64,000 nucleotides of DNA from Rhynchobatus australiae (lineage: Eukaryota): the NCBI GenBank assembly GCA_034780895.1, contig JAUZTB010000068.1, forward strand, positions 32,511,319 to 32,575,318, written 5' to 3'. How positions within the stretch are numbered: position 1 is the stretch's first letter; every line of letters starts with the position of its first letter. A program made the position numbers and the translations under genes. A model generated the notes under the pieces. That model did no database searches and was not told the origin of the DNA. It was given only the letters and a program-made list of their open reading frames with translations. Below are positions 51,086 through 63,127 of the stretch, piece by piece.

Positions 51086-54000
51086 AACTTAAAGTGTTTT
51101 AGATAAAGTATCTCAGTTATTGCCATCTTGTGGCAAAACATGATTGCTGTTAGAACACTGAATATACATTTTGGCAACTTTTTAAATGAACAACCCTGTC
51201 ATGCAGTGCTGATTATTAGCAAATCAATAAATTCTTACCTGTGAGAAGTGTTCTTTCACTCTTCCTACAGGCTGTTTATTCTGCATTTTTTCTTCCCTTT
51301 GCTTCCTCACCATCTTCCACCCCATGAAGCATTAAGTTGGGTTGAATCAGGTAACTGGAGAATATTGTACAATACCATGAATCATAGAAATCTATAGAAT
51401 GGAAGAAAGCTACTCAGCCCATGTGCTCATGCCGGCCAAAAATTAAAAAAGGTCAATCCCACCGTCCCCCAATCTCTTGTCCCATAGTCCTGCAAAGAGT
51501 GGCTCTTCAATTCATTCTTGCATTTTTTTAAAAACTGTTCAGGATGATGTTCACTGTCTTCCAAAGTAGTGTTTTGGGAAATTTTGCATACAATGAAGTT
51601 GTGCCCACAATTTAACATTGCATCCAAATGATAGTACTTCTGATGGTACAACATTCTCACAGTCCTACATTGAGGTGTCAAACTCCATATCCTGCTCAAT
51701 ACCTCCAGCAGGGTTTAAACTATATCCTTAAATCTTCATCAAGGTGCTCCTTTTGAGCCAAGCCTGACTAATTAACTATATTTGAAGTCTATTTGATGTG
51801 AACACTCGGAGGGAACGGGGAATGTGTAAAGATCAATAAAACCTCTGCTCTAACGCCAAACCGTGTAGGAAGAAAATGGATATGTACACTGAAAATGATT
51901 CTAATGCTTAAATGCTTTTTGTGTTTAGATCTTTTAAACAAACTGTGTGATATTTTGTTTGTTTAAACCCACCACTTTGAAATTTTAAAATGTACTTCAT
52001 GGTATGATTTTTTTAAATGCCCGATAAGCAAGCTTTCTGTGTTCGTATTTTCATTCTGCCATAAGAATGTTCATCGATAGTAAGAGAGGAGTTAACTAGT
52101 GGTATCATGTAGATATGTCCCTTCATTTGTAAGCCCTCACAAATATTCAGGAATGTATATGGATAAATTTGATTTTTTTTTTGAATAGACAACTTTGAAT
52201 TTGACAGATGCCAAAAAAATTAGAATAGTGCAGCAGCATTAAAGTTTAGACTATAAACAAAGTGTGATTGCTTTCGGATGATTGAGGAAATAAAAATTTC
52301 AGTTGAGAACCATAATTTGAGACCCAAACATAAACCACAGTAAAACAGCATATTAATTCTTACTCAGAATTTCGCAATGCTTCTGATGTAAGTTTCTAAG
52401 CTGTTGCAAAGGTTTATGGTTATGAGTTGTTGAAGCTTTTTTGAGTTTCCCATCTGCACTTCTAGGCAGCAGCAGTTATTCTCTTGCATAATGGACGTGA
52501 GGTAAAACACCATTAATTCACAGGTAAGAACCTGCTCTCAGAAAAACTCTCTGCCTTCAGTGAAATTTAATTACAGGAGTTTTCAATATAATAGTATGGC
52601 ATTTCAGTTTAAACCCACAATTCATGGTCCTTCCAGTAACCAGACTTTTGGAAATTTGTTGAACTGGTTTCTTCTACAGCATCTTTCTTTAGTTATCTAT
52701 GAGGCAAGTCTGTGCATATAAAGGTTGCTGCTGAATAGTCAAAGTTGAGTTTATTGTCAAATGCACAAGTACATGTACGCACAGTGCAATAAAAAACAAG
52801 CACATAGTATTAGATGAGCAGAATTCTCAAGGAAAATGTAAAATAAACATAAATTATATACAATTTTTTACAAGAAAGAACCAAAAAAAAGCCAGGCATT
52901 GTAAACTGTTTTATAATCCAGGTACTGGGAGGTGAAACTGAAAAGGAGTAACCAGCATTGAGTTGGAGGAAGTGGCTGATTGTCTATATCTTTGAACTGG
53001 GGGTTTTACAATGCTGCTGTTTATTTACCAGTAAATCACAATTTTCCTGAACTGCTGGATTACATACACCCATAAATGAGCTACATACTTTAAGAGCAGA
53101 CACATTTTGTATTCAAGATGCAGTTGATGTGCAGGTTGCTTTATAATTTTCTACAGTAAGTTTCAAAATTTGAGAGCTATTTTTATTCATGATATGCTCA
53201 TGTATGGTAAATTGTGGAGTTATTCACCTTTTTATAATTGATAGAGGTAACATCAGAGTAGGGAGAAGGAGAAAAGTCTGTTTCCTAAGAAATCTTATTT
53301 GGAGGATGTCTGTTTTCCACCACCTCATCTTCACAGTAATACAGTCCATTACTAATAGCCCATATATGACCACACATGTAGACACCTAAGTAAAATACTG
53401 AAGAATTGCCACCACTTTCAGAACCTTTCCTACATATTTTTCTTTTTCTATATTTCTGAAGATAGAAATGTGTCAGGGTAAAGATGTATGGTGCCATCAT
53501 CCTTGGGTTGACAGCATAAGTGTTGGGTAGGTATTGGAAAGTGCTTCAATCACTAAGAAATAGCAAAGGCTGGTGATATTTATACCTAATTCATATAAGT
53601 CGTTGATAAAGATCAAGAGCCAAAATTATTTGACCAGTTTTCTTCTGAAGCTGAATGCTAATGCCCAGCTGATATTGCTGCTGAGATCAACTAACCAGCA
53701 CAGACTTAATATTGAAATTTGTTGCCTCTTCCCTTCTGTCTTTATGCACAGTCAGGGTTCTTCTGAATCTGCTGCTCCGTGCTCTCTTTAGCACTTTTTC
53801 AAGTCTTTCCCTTTTCAATGGCTCATGCATGTCTTGTATATACCGAGTGTCTTTTTGGTTACTCTTATTATGTCCCCTGATCATTTGCTCTTCCGCCCCG
53901 ATCCTTGCTTTAGCACTTAATGGGTCATTCAGTAGATCGTCCTGCTTGTTTTGTATTATTCAGCTGTAATGTTTTCCACTTCTGAGGAATAGTTTTCACC

Positions 54001-56400
54001 TTAAATAACAACCAGCTTCTCATAGTGTCCTTAATGTAAGAAAATGAAACAAGGAACATGTTAAGTCAAACTGGAAATCAAAGCAAAGGAGGAGAAATGA
54101 GGAAGATGTCTTCTGTTCTCTTGACCTCTTGCCTGACATGGACTTGTTACAAACTTAAGAATCCAAAAGTTGATAAGAAAAATATGGTGACATTTACGCA
54201 AATACCATCAATGTGAATTGTTATGTGAACTGGCTTCAGGCTTGATTAATGTATATTTTTGAAATTGCATTAATATTTAATATTCAACCACATTTCAGTA
54301 GTGGTTGCTATAGACTGTAATGTGTACCAGGAGATTTTTGTATAAATAGGGCATGATATTCTGTCTTGAGAAATGTCTGTTACATAACCAGAATGGAATG
54401 ATTCAGGAAATAAATTTGGTAATTAGTAACCAGAGAAAACCTTAATTGCAGGTTACAGTAGCTGAGCCAGGATGTTCCAGCTTTGTGGNNNNNNNNNNNN
54501 NNNNNNNNNNNNNNNNNNNNNNNNNNNNNNNNNNNNNNNNNNNNNNNNNNNNNNNNNNNNNNNNNNNNNNNNNNNNNNNNNNNNNNNNNNNNNNNNNNNN
54601 NNNNNNNNNNNNNNNNNNNNNNNNNNNNNNNNNNNNNNNNNNNNNNNNNNNNNNNNNNNNNNNNNNNNNNNNNNNNNNNNNNNNNNNNNNNNNNNNNNNN
54701 NNNNNNNNNNNNNNNNNNNNNNNNNNNNNNNNNNNNNNNNNNNNNNNNNNNNNNNNNNNNNNNNNNNNNNNNNNNNNNNNNNNNNNNNNNNNNNNNNNNN
54801 NNNNNNNNNNNNNNNNNNNNNNNNNNNNNNNNNNNNNNNNNNNNNNNNNNNNNNNNNNNNNNNNNNNNNNNNNNNNNNNNNNNNNNNNNNNNNNNNNNNN
54901 NNNNNNNNNNNNNNNNNNNNNNNNNNNNNNNNNNNNNNNNNNNNNNNNNNNNNNNNNNNNNNNNNNNNNNNNNNNNNNNNNNNNNNNNNNNNNNNNNNNN
55001 NNNNNNNNNNNNNNNNNNNNNNNNNNNNNNNNNNNNNNNNNNNNNNNNNNNNNNNNNNNNNNNNNNNNNNNNNNNNNNNNNNNNNNNNNNNNNNNNNNNN
55101 NNNNNNNNNNNNNNNNNNNNNNNNNNNNNNNNNNNNNNNNNNNNNNNNNNNNNNNNNNNNNNNNNNNNNNNNNNNNNNNNNNNNNNNNNNNNNNNNNNNN
55201 NNNNNNNNNNNNNNNNNNNNNNNNNNNNNNNNNNNNNNNNNNNNNNNNNNNNNNNNNNNNNNNNNNNNNNNNNNNNNNNNNNNNNNNNNNNNNNNNNNNN
55301 NNNNNNNNNNNNNNNNNNNNNNNNNNNNNNNNNNNNNNNNNNNNNNNNNNNNNNNNNNNNNNNNNNNNNNNNNNNNNNNNNNNNNNNNNNNNNNNNNNNN
55401 NNNNNNNNNNNNNNNNNNNNNNNNGAAGTTTCCTGTGTGCCCTAAGCTTATGGGCTGTTTTGATTACTTTGTGGCAGAAATTGGCAGTTTTATTTCTTTC
55501 CTCCTCCTGATTTTGGTTAAGGTCTTTTTTTGCCCCATTTGATATCCATTGGAAGTTTGTATATTTGCATTTTTATTACTGCAGTAGTAGTTCTGTATAT
55601 TATACATCATTACATTTTTTAAGTACACACTGGGTACAGAGAGGAATCATAGAATTGTGGCACAACTAAGTTTATGAAACTACAGAGGGGAGTGATATTA
55701 TACGTTTATTTGGCGTTGATGTCAGTGAAAACATGGCTGTTTCCTTTATTGCCACTGAAAAGTAGGTACATTTGTGGTGAGGACGGTATTGGCTTTGGAT
55801 GTAATTCTAGCCCAAGGCTGACTCATGGCAAGAATCACTGTCTTGCTAAGTTTGTACATGAAGGATAACCAGCTTGGATAAAGTACTAAAGGAAACCTTG
55901 TAGAACCCCAGGAGTCACAGTGGCTCCAAGGGAAACTCAAGGGAGGAGTTAAAATCGGGTCTCATTAAAGAGAAGTGTTTATTTCCAAATACTTTTCAGT
56001 TAAGTTTTATTAAGTAACATTGCCAAACTCTGTAATCCAAGATATCAAAAAGCTTAGCAAATGCATTGGTCAAGGTAGAATTCCATTGAAAGGNNNNNNN
56101 NNNATTGGGTAAACTGCTTAACTTGTTTGGACGTCCACTAAATAACATTTTTGGAAGGAAAGTAAGTATTGGAATGGAATTGGGTTGGGATGAAAATTTT
56201 ATACACAACTAACAAAGGGTTAAATGCTGTGGCATGTTTCTTAATTGTACATGTAAAGTCTATTACTCCTTGTGTTTATTTAGCTTCATATATTCAAAGC
56301 ATTTTAACATATTAAGAACAACAGTATATTTTTGCTTGTATTCTGAGTGATTCTTCCTCTTCTTCAACAGCAATTCAGCGGTATTTCCGGTTGCTCATTT

Positions 56401-56466
56401 ATGGAGTTTCTGAAGGGCAGCAGAGACTATTGCCAGGCACAGCACGGCCTCCTTGCAGACAAGTGA
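56401..56466 (+). promoter_or_regulatory. Conserved-peptide upstream ORF (21 aa, MEFLKGSRDYCQAQHGLLADK), homologous to the Mg2+-sensitive PRL-1/2 uORF
   Basis: ATG at 56401 to TGA at 56464-56466, 30 nt into the exon. The peptide resembles my recollection of the mammalian PTP4A uORF (core DYCQAQH...ADK). Start context is suboptimal (tttATGg). Confidence 0.85.
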
Positions 56467-56598
56467 ACTCTGGTCTCTCTCAACTATTCCATTGGGAAAC
56501 CACCTTAAACGGAAAAGTGGCATCAACAAACTGGGATTCTTCTGGATACTGGATTTAAAAATTGGATAATTTGTGAGAAGAGGACGGTTGTTCTTTCA

Positions 56599-56655
56599 AT
56601 GACCTTGTCTGGATGGGGTAACTCTACCTGTGTTTTGTGCACTTGGATGCTTTAA
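56599..56655 (+). promoter_or_regulatory. Second uORF (18 aa, MTLSGWGNSTCVLCTWML) with a nested out-of-frame ATG-GGG-TAA micro-uORF at 56613-56621
   Basis: Read directly from the 5'UTR sequence. Function not shown. Confidence 0.5.
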
Positions 56656-56841
56656 AAAGCACCATTGCACAGACACCAACTTGAAAAGTGCCAGATTAAA
56701 CTGGACTTTATAGCCCACACGCTAAATTCACCTGTGAGTGAGTGGTGGTTTTAAAAGCACAAGTACCAACAGTGAAAACAAACACAGTTCTGCTTAGAGT
56801 GTCTCTTTTTTTAAAATTTGAAATTAAGTATTGCAGCCACA

Positions 56842-56937
56842 ATGAACCGCCCAGCCCCAGTAGAAATATGTTCCGAGAGTATGAGATTTCTCATCACACA
56901 CAACCCAACTGATGCTACTCTCAACAAGTTCACAGAG
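56842..56937 (+). CDS. PTP4A2: PRL-2 protein tyrosine phosphatase type IVA 2, first coding exon (codons 1-32)
   Basis: ATG at 56842 in good context (gccacaATG) translates to [32 protein letters not shown], followed by a GT donor at 56938 (phase 0, 96 nt). This is the PRL N-terminus. Absence of the MAR extension of PRL-1/PRL-3 and the presence of NKFTE point to PRL-2. Too short for the supplied ORF track. Confidence 0.95.
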
Positions 56938-58829
56938 GTAAAAGCAAATTTATCTTTTAAGCCAACTTAATAAATATTTAGATCGACTGATTTTTTTTTT
57001 CTTTATCTACTTTTAATCCTTGCTTGGTTCCTAGTTGATATCTGCCATCAAAGGAGAGGTTAGAAGGAAATAATCATAGTGATAACTTTTAATCTTACAG
57101 ATTTCAACCCCAGCTCAGATGGAGGAGAGTCTTTTTATGACCAATCTCCCTTGTTAAAAGTCCTGGAAATAGTAGGGAGGCACTTACTGTCAGTATTAAT
57201 TTGTTGCACAAATTGTCCTTGACTGTATGATGAAGCAAAAACAGCAGCAGTTCCTGACTTCTGTGTTTAATTTTGCAAAACTTCCAGCCACAATTCTAAT
57301 CTGCAATATTAAATTCTAAACAATAAGGTGCAAGTGTTTAAACAAAAAAGACTTAATTGTCACTACTAAAATAGTAGCCACAGCTTGTGAGACACTAACA
57401 ACTTGTTTTACACTTCTGCAATGTACTTGTGATTTTGTTTCCCGTGGGTGATCATGCTAAAGGGTCACAAATTACTAGTTAGAAAATAGTTGGTGAGTTG
57501 GTGCTAGAAAATTAATTCATTGGCATAATTAATTTTGAACATTAATGTAAAAAAAAAAGTCAGTGTTTTAAAAAATTTAGTTGTTCTTGTTTTATGCTTT
57601 CCTTTTCCACCCCAAGAAAAGGGCTAGAAACCTCCAACTAAATCACCCATCCTTGTGCCTGCCCTCCTCGCCCACTTGTTATGATTTAATATAATTAAAG
57701 TAGTAGTTAATTTGTTCCTGATAGGAATTCAAGAATCTGTCTAACAAAAAAAAGAATTTGATTATGTTTCACTTCGGTCCTGCCCTGTTGCCTTCCATCC
57801 ATTCCTATGCTGCTGCTGATGCTTCCATTGAATTGATGAGGTTTGACAAAAAATAATTTTTGTGCAGACTTGTCATTTTTGCTGCCCTATGTGGTGGGGT
57901 TCATTTTACCAAAAGTATTTTTATATTCATTACTGTTTATTAGATAAATGAATTTTTTGCATAAATCCAAATATAGCAATTCAAGAGATTCTTATTTTAA
58001 TATATCTTAATTATATTAAACAATTTACTCAGTTTTGCCACTTGTAAAAGCTACACAGCATAATTTCATATCAGAGACATAAATATTAATTTGTATTGTA
58101 TATACTTCTTTGCAGTCATAAGCAAGTTTAACACAAACATTATTTAAATAATAATCAATTTATTATTTATAAATTGTTTTAGGTTTCAAATTTTTAATTA
58201 AAGATGTTGATGTTGAATAATAGATTAGAAATCTATAATGAAGCGGTTTAATTTTAGAATTTATGGACTATATATGTGGACTATATATGTGAACCATACT
58301 TGTAGAAATCCTCAAGGAATTTCTGAATTGTCAACAAATGTGAAATATATTTTTAAAATGTTCAATTATAAGTATACTGTTTTTTGCCTGACAAGTCAGG
58401 TTTCTGAGCTAAGTACATCTCAACATCATAGCTTGAATTGAGTAATTACTTAGTAGCAACACACTAGAATTTTTAGAAATATAAGCATTTGCTTGCTTTT
58501 TGTTCTCTTTAATCACCTATCTGCATATTTTTTTGCACAATGTAATTAAATCTGATTTCTAAATTTTTTAATGTTTGGTAAATGAGATTTTTGTTTTTTG
58601 GCTGTTAAGCCCAACTTGTAGTCGATTAATCAGACATTCTGTTCACATAATGATACTGCTGAAAATAGTTTAGTAGTAATGCCTCCAGGAGTACAGCCTC
58701 TAGAAGGAAGAAAAGGGATTCTTTCTTCTTTCCAAAGATCCCCTTTTCCTAATGGTTTTAAATCATATAAATCCTTAGTCTGAAAGGTACAGAGGAGAAA
58801 AGGGATTGCACAGATGCATCAGCAGTATC

Positions 58830-59670
58830 CATGGTGCAACTTGGTTGAGTTATGGATGGTGAGGAAGGTTGTCAGAGGGTACAGCAGAATATAGATCAGT
58901 TGGAAGTTTGGGCAGAGAAATGATGGATGTAGTTTAATCTGAACAAGTGTGAGATGTTGCACTTTGGAAGGTCAAAATGTAAGGGGAAAGTGTACAGTAA
59001 ATGGCAAGACTCTTAGGAGTATTGATGGAAGGAATCTTAGGGTACAAGCCACTTTTAGGAAGCTATGGACAACTTAAGTAGTAAAGAAGGCATATGGCAT
59101 GCTTCCCTTCAACAGTTGAGGCATTGACTACAAAAGCTAGGAAGTCATGTTGCTGCTGTATAAAACGTTGGATAGGCCACGTTGGGAGTATTGTGTGTAA
59201 TTCTGGTTGTCACACCATAGGAAGGATGTGGAGGCTTTGGAGAGGGTGCAGAAGAGGTCCATCAGGAAAGGCTGGACAAACTTGGATTGTTTTCTCTGGA
59301 GTATTGGAGACTGAGGGGCAACCTGACAGAAGTATATAAAAGTATGAGAGGCGTAGAGTCTTTTTCCCATGGTGGAAATGTCAAATACTAGAGCTCTTGG
59401 GTTTAAGGTGAGAGGGGGGGAAAGTTTAAAGGAGGTTTGCAAGGCACATTTTGTTTTACATGGGGGATGGTAGATGCCTGTGACACACTGGCAGAAGAGG
59501 TGATAGAAGCAGATACGATAGCAATGTTTAAGAGGCATTTAGATGAATGTGAATGGGCAGGGAGTAGAGAGAGATGGATCATGTGCAGGCAGGTGGGATT
59601 AGTTTAATTTGGTGTCATTGTTGGCGCAGACACGGTGGGCCAAAGGGCCTTTTCCTCTGTGTGTTCCATT
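58830..59670 (+). mobile_element. CR1-type LINE 3' portion within the intron between the PTP4A2 coding exons
   Basis: EEGCQRVQQNIDQLEVWAEK, FNLNKCEMLHFG and EVYKSMRG motifs, plus a 3' tail ggtgggccaaagggcc. Confidence 0.9.
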
Positions 59671-60513
59671 GAGTTGCATTGACATTATGCTGGTCAGTGA
59701 TTTTTCTACTGGGAGGGACCGACTTTATCAGCCTACTCTTGTATAGCCAAGAAACAAAACATTCCAGATACTGAAAACCAGAAATCATGACAGAACCTGG
59801 TGGAAGCACTAGGGGGGTAGGTGTCAACTGTGAAGAGAGAAAATTAGGGTAGTACTGATTGTGACAAATGGTTGGAAACTGAAATGTTGAGACCCCCCCC
59901 CCCAACTCCCCTTCTCCTTAAAGAAAAATGCTGCTCAACAAGTGTTTCCAGCATTTTCTTTTGTGTTTTTGGGAGGCTGGTCCACTTCACAATGACTTTG
60001 CCAAGTGCTTGGGATGATATCTTTTCTATTAAAGTTTTATATCCTGTTTCATTGATGAGGTATCCTTTAAAAGTAGCTCTGGGCCTAAAGTCACTGTTTT
60101 CAGTTGACCACTTTGCCTCTTCAAATAGTATGATGTCACTCTTGCCCGGGACTAATTTCAAAAGGTAGAAAGTCAAGAGGGGGCCATAGACTTTCATCAT
60201 TGTGCAATCCTTAGTAATGTACATTCTCTTTTGGTCTGCTTGCCTACATGAGTGCATCAGTAAATTGGAGTTTAACTTGATTGTCTGTTTAGGTTATTCC
60301 TTTTTTAATGTTTTGGGGAAAACTAAACTTGAATTTCAGTGAAGCTTATTACATTTTATTTGTCAAAAAATAATTATCCCAAATTTCTAAAGTCTTTGGT
60401 TTTGTGGTAGCATGAGCCACAAGATTAATTCTTTGGATCTCATTTCAGGTAGAACTGGGACAGAGCCACTTGTCCAAGATCTTTTTGATGTGAGCTATTA
60501 TTGTGTCTTCCAG

Positions 60514-60606
60514 GAGCTCAAGAAGTACGGTGTTACCACGCTGGTTCGAGTTTGTGAAGCCACCTATGACAAAGCTCCTGTTGAAAAAGAAGGCATCCGG
60601 GTTTTG
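60514..60606 (+). CDS. PTP4A2: PRL-2 second coding exon (codons 33-63)
   Basis: Acceptor ttgtgtcttccAG ends at 60513 and donor GTGAGT starts at 60607. The 93 nt translate to [31 protein letters not shown], in frame with the previous exon. TTLVRVC and [10 protein letters not shown] are PRL-2-type, and the exon includes redox Cys46. The next exon (DWPFDDG...) is not visible in the window. Confidence 0.96.
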
Positions 60607-61879
60607 GTGAGTAGTAATTGCAAATTGTTGAAGCATGTCCGAGTGTAGAATTTGATGTGAGATGCTCTGGAACTGCAAGGTCATGTTCTTGAGGGCTGTG
60701 TCTCATAGAACAATCTGAAAAGACGCATAATAAAGCTGGGAAAAAGTAGTGCTTAAAGATGATCATTTGGTTCAGAGAAGCCATAAGTAACAATGTGGAG
60801 GGGCTAAAAAAAGGATAATTTGTTTCATTCATCTAGCCCATCTACTCTGGTTCTGCAATAACCACAAACTCTTCCGCTAATGGAGTAAGCAGGTGGGTAG
60901 TCTGTGAAGTTGTGCACTCGTTCTGCCACTTGCACTGGACTTCTGTGTGCTCCCGATACATCACAAATGAGTGAGAAGGCTGCTCCCGAAATGCCCTGAG
61001 GTTTTTTTTATAGCCAACAAATCTGAAGTTGAGGTTGTGATGTATGTTAAAAGTTTTAATTGATTTTCGCTCATTCTTAAATGTCTCTGATATTTTGAGA
61101 AACTTACAACTATGAAAATTGAATTAAAAGCAGAAAATTATTAAAAATTGAAATACCCAAGACATTTATAATTGGAAAATATCAAAGTTAGGTGAAATAA
61201 TTTAAAATATGTGTTTGCATTTCCGTTGCCCCTCCTGCATCGTTGCTCCTCCATTCACCAGGGGAATACTTAATGTGGAATCCAGAGACGGAACAAATAG
61301 ATTCAACATTCCAGATTTTGTTAGCGAGTCCCAGACTTCCATTTTTGATAGCACATGCACAGAAGTTCATGATGTAACTGCAAATTCAATAGCTGAGTAC
61401 CAGCTATTCTGTTTGTAGCCATTAGGGTCCAGTCCACTTTTTTTCCCCCCCAATTTCAGTTGAATGAATATCCCCTGCTTCAAGGATGATATGTCAAGCA
61501 GAATCTAATATGAAAACAAATTATTGCAGGTGCTAGAAAAATTGAAATGGATGAAGGAAATGCTGGAAATATTCTCATTTGTGATTAGAAAAATCAATGT
61601 AATCTCAGTTAGTGCCCTTCCCCTTCAGAATGGAAGGGGAATTTGATGTCATGGTTAAATGGCTTGAACTTTGTTCTTGGCTTTCAGCATTTCAACAAAG
61701 TCATTCTATTAATCAGTGTATGTCATCCTCTCTGCCAGCCATTTTTCCCTCTTAAATAAGNNNNNNNNNNNNNNNNNNNNNNNNNNNNNNNNNNNNNNNN
61801 NNNNNNNNNNNNNNNNNNNNNNNNNNNNNNNNNNNNNNNNNNNNNNNNNNNNNNNNNNNNGCATTATTAAAAATTTTTC

Positions 61880-62350
61880 AATAGTTAAAAGTCTTAACCA
61901 CATTGTGTCCAGTTCTGGGCACCACATTTTAGGGAAGATCTGAAGAGGGTGCAGAAGAGTTTTACTAAATGATTCCAGAAGAGGACTTAATTGCATGGGT
62001 ATAATGGAGAAGCTGGGGTTGAGACATGATTTAAAATTGTGGAGGGCTCTTGATAGAGTAGACACAAACTGTTCTCATTGGTAGAAGGTTGAAGGACCAG
62101 AGGATATGAAGTGAAGGTGATTGCCAAAAGAACACAGTGATATGAAGAGAAACTATTTGTGCAGCAAGTGGTTGGGGTCTGGAATGCACCGTGAGAGATG
62201 GCAGTGGAGGCAAGTTCAATTATTGCAATCAAAAGGGAGCTGGATAAATACCTGAGAGAATTTGCAGGGTTTCAGGGAGAGGGCAGGAAAGTGCAACTAA
62301 TGGATTGATCTTCCACTGGGCCATTATAGACTGTTTTGGCTGAATGGTCT
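61880..62350 (+). mobile_element. CR1-type LINE 3' portion
   Basis: CVQFWAPHFREDL motif and a typical 3' end. Confidence 0.8.
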
Positions 62351-62859
62351 GGGTTGTAATATTTTTGTGAGATACTAGTTTATTATACTTTCAGATTGCA
62401 GCACTTTCTTTTAATCATTGCCACCTGAATGATAGCTATGTTGCATTTTATTTTGTTAACTGGAACAGCACTTGCTGGATCTACAATTGAAATGCTACGC
62501 ACTCATCATTTCGATTCAAGTACATATAGCAGACTGGCTCTAAAGCATTCTGACCACCTCAGGATATTGCTTTTATAGTAGTGATGCTTTCTATTGGTTG
62601 GATAATAAACAAAAACTGTGGAGCCTTAGGGATCGCAACTCTACAGTGTTTATTACTGAATAATCTATGAACTTCCCCCTCTATTACACTAATTTTGTCA
62701 GATTTTTAACTATTTTGTGATAGTTTATTTGAATTGAGATGAGTATGGTGGGTAGGCTGACTTGGTACTGCTCTGATGGTTAGTGAAGGACACTCTACAT
62801 GTGAAATGCGGCAACATGGGAAAGGGGCATGTCTCCTCTCGTCGTCCTCCTCCTCTCCA

Positions 62860-63127
62860 GGGAGTAAAGCCCTTAGTCTCTCCTCATAATGCATACTCTC
62901 TAAAACCAGTCAGCTTCCTAGTAAATCTCCTCTGCACCCTTTCCAACGCCTCCAGATCCTTCCTATAATGAGGCAACCAGAACTGAACATGGTACTCTAA
63001 ACATGGTCTAACCAGAGTATTGTAGAGCAGCATCATTAACTCGATCTCATGACTAATGAAAGCTAACATCCCATAAGCTTTCTTAACTACCCTATCCACC
63101 TGTGAGGCAACTTTCAGGGATCTGTGG
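62860..63127 (-). mobile_element. CR1-type LINE fragment
   Basis: Minus-strand peptide HRSLKVASQVDRVVKKAYGMLAFI...LVRPCLEYHVQFWLPHYRKDLEALERVQRRFTR. Confidence 0.9.

Larger units (their letters stand above)
56371..56841 (+). other. PTP4A2: PTP4A2 5'UTR part of the start-codon exon (471 nt)
   Basis: Polypyrimidine tract and acceptor ttcttcctcttcttcaacAG end at 56370. The sequence is repeat-free up to the ATG, and a long 5'UTR in this exon is characteristic of vertebrate PTP4A1/2. Confidence 0.85.

Noticed and set aside
264-55542. Long ORFs in the supplied track (e.g. 4041-4970, 21701-22267, 33537-34289, 54446-55542)
   Set aside because: They are open only because they run through N gaps.
56842-60606. 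Assignment to PTP4A1 or PTP4A3
   Set aside because: There is no MAR N-terminal extension, and NKFTE, TTLVRV and [10 protein letters not shown] fit PRL-2.
60412-60648. 78-aa ORF as a complete gene
   Set aside because: Only 60514-60606 is exon; the rest is intronic read-through past clear splice sites.
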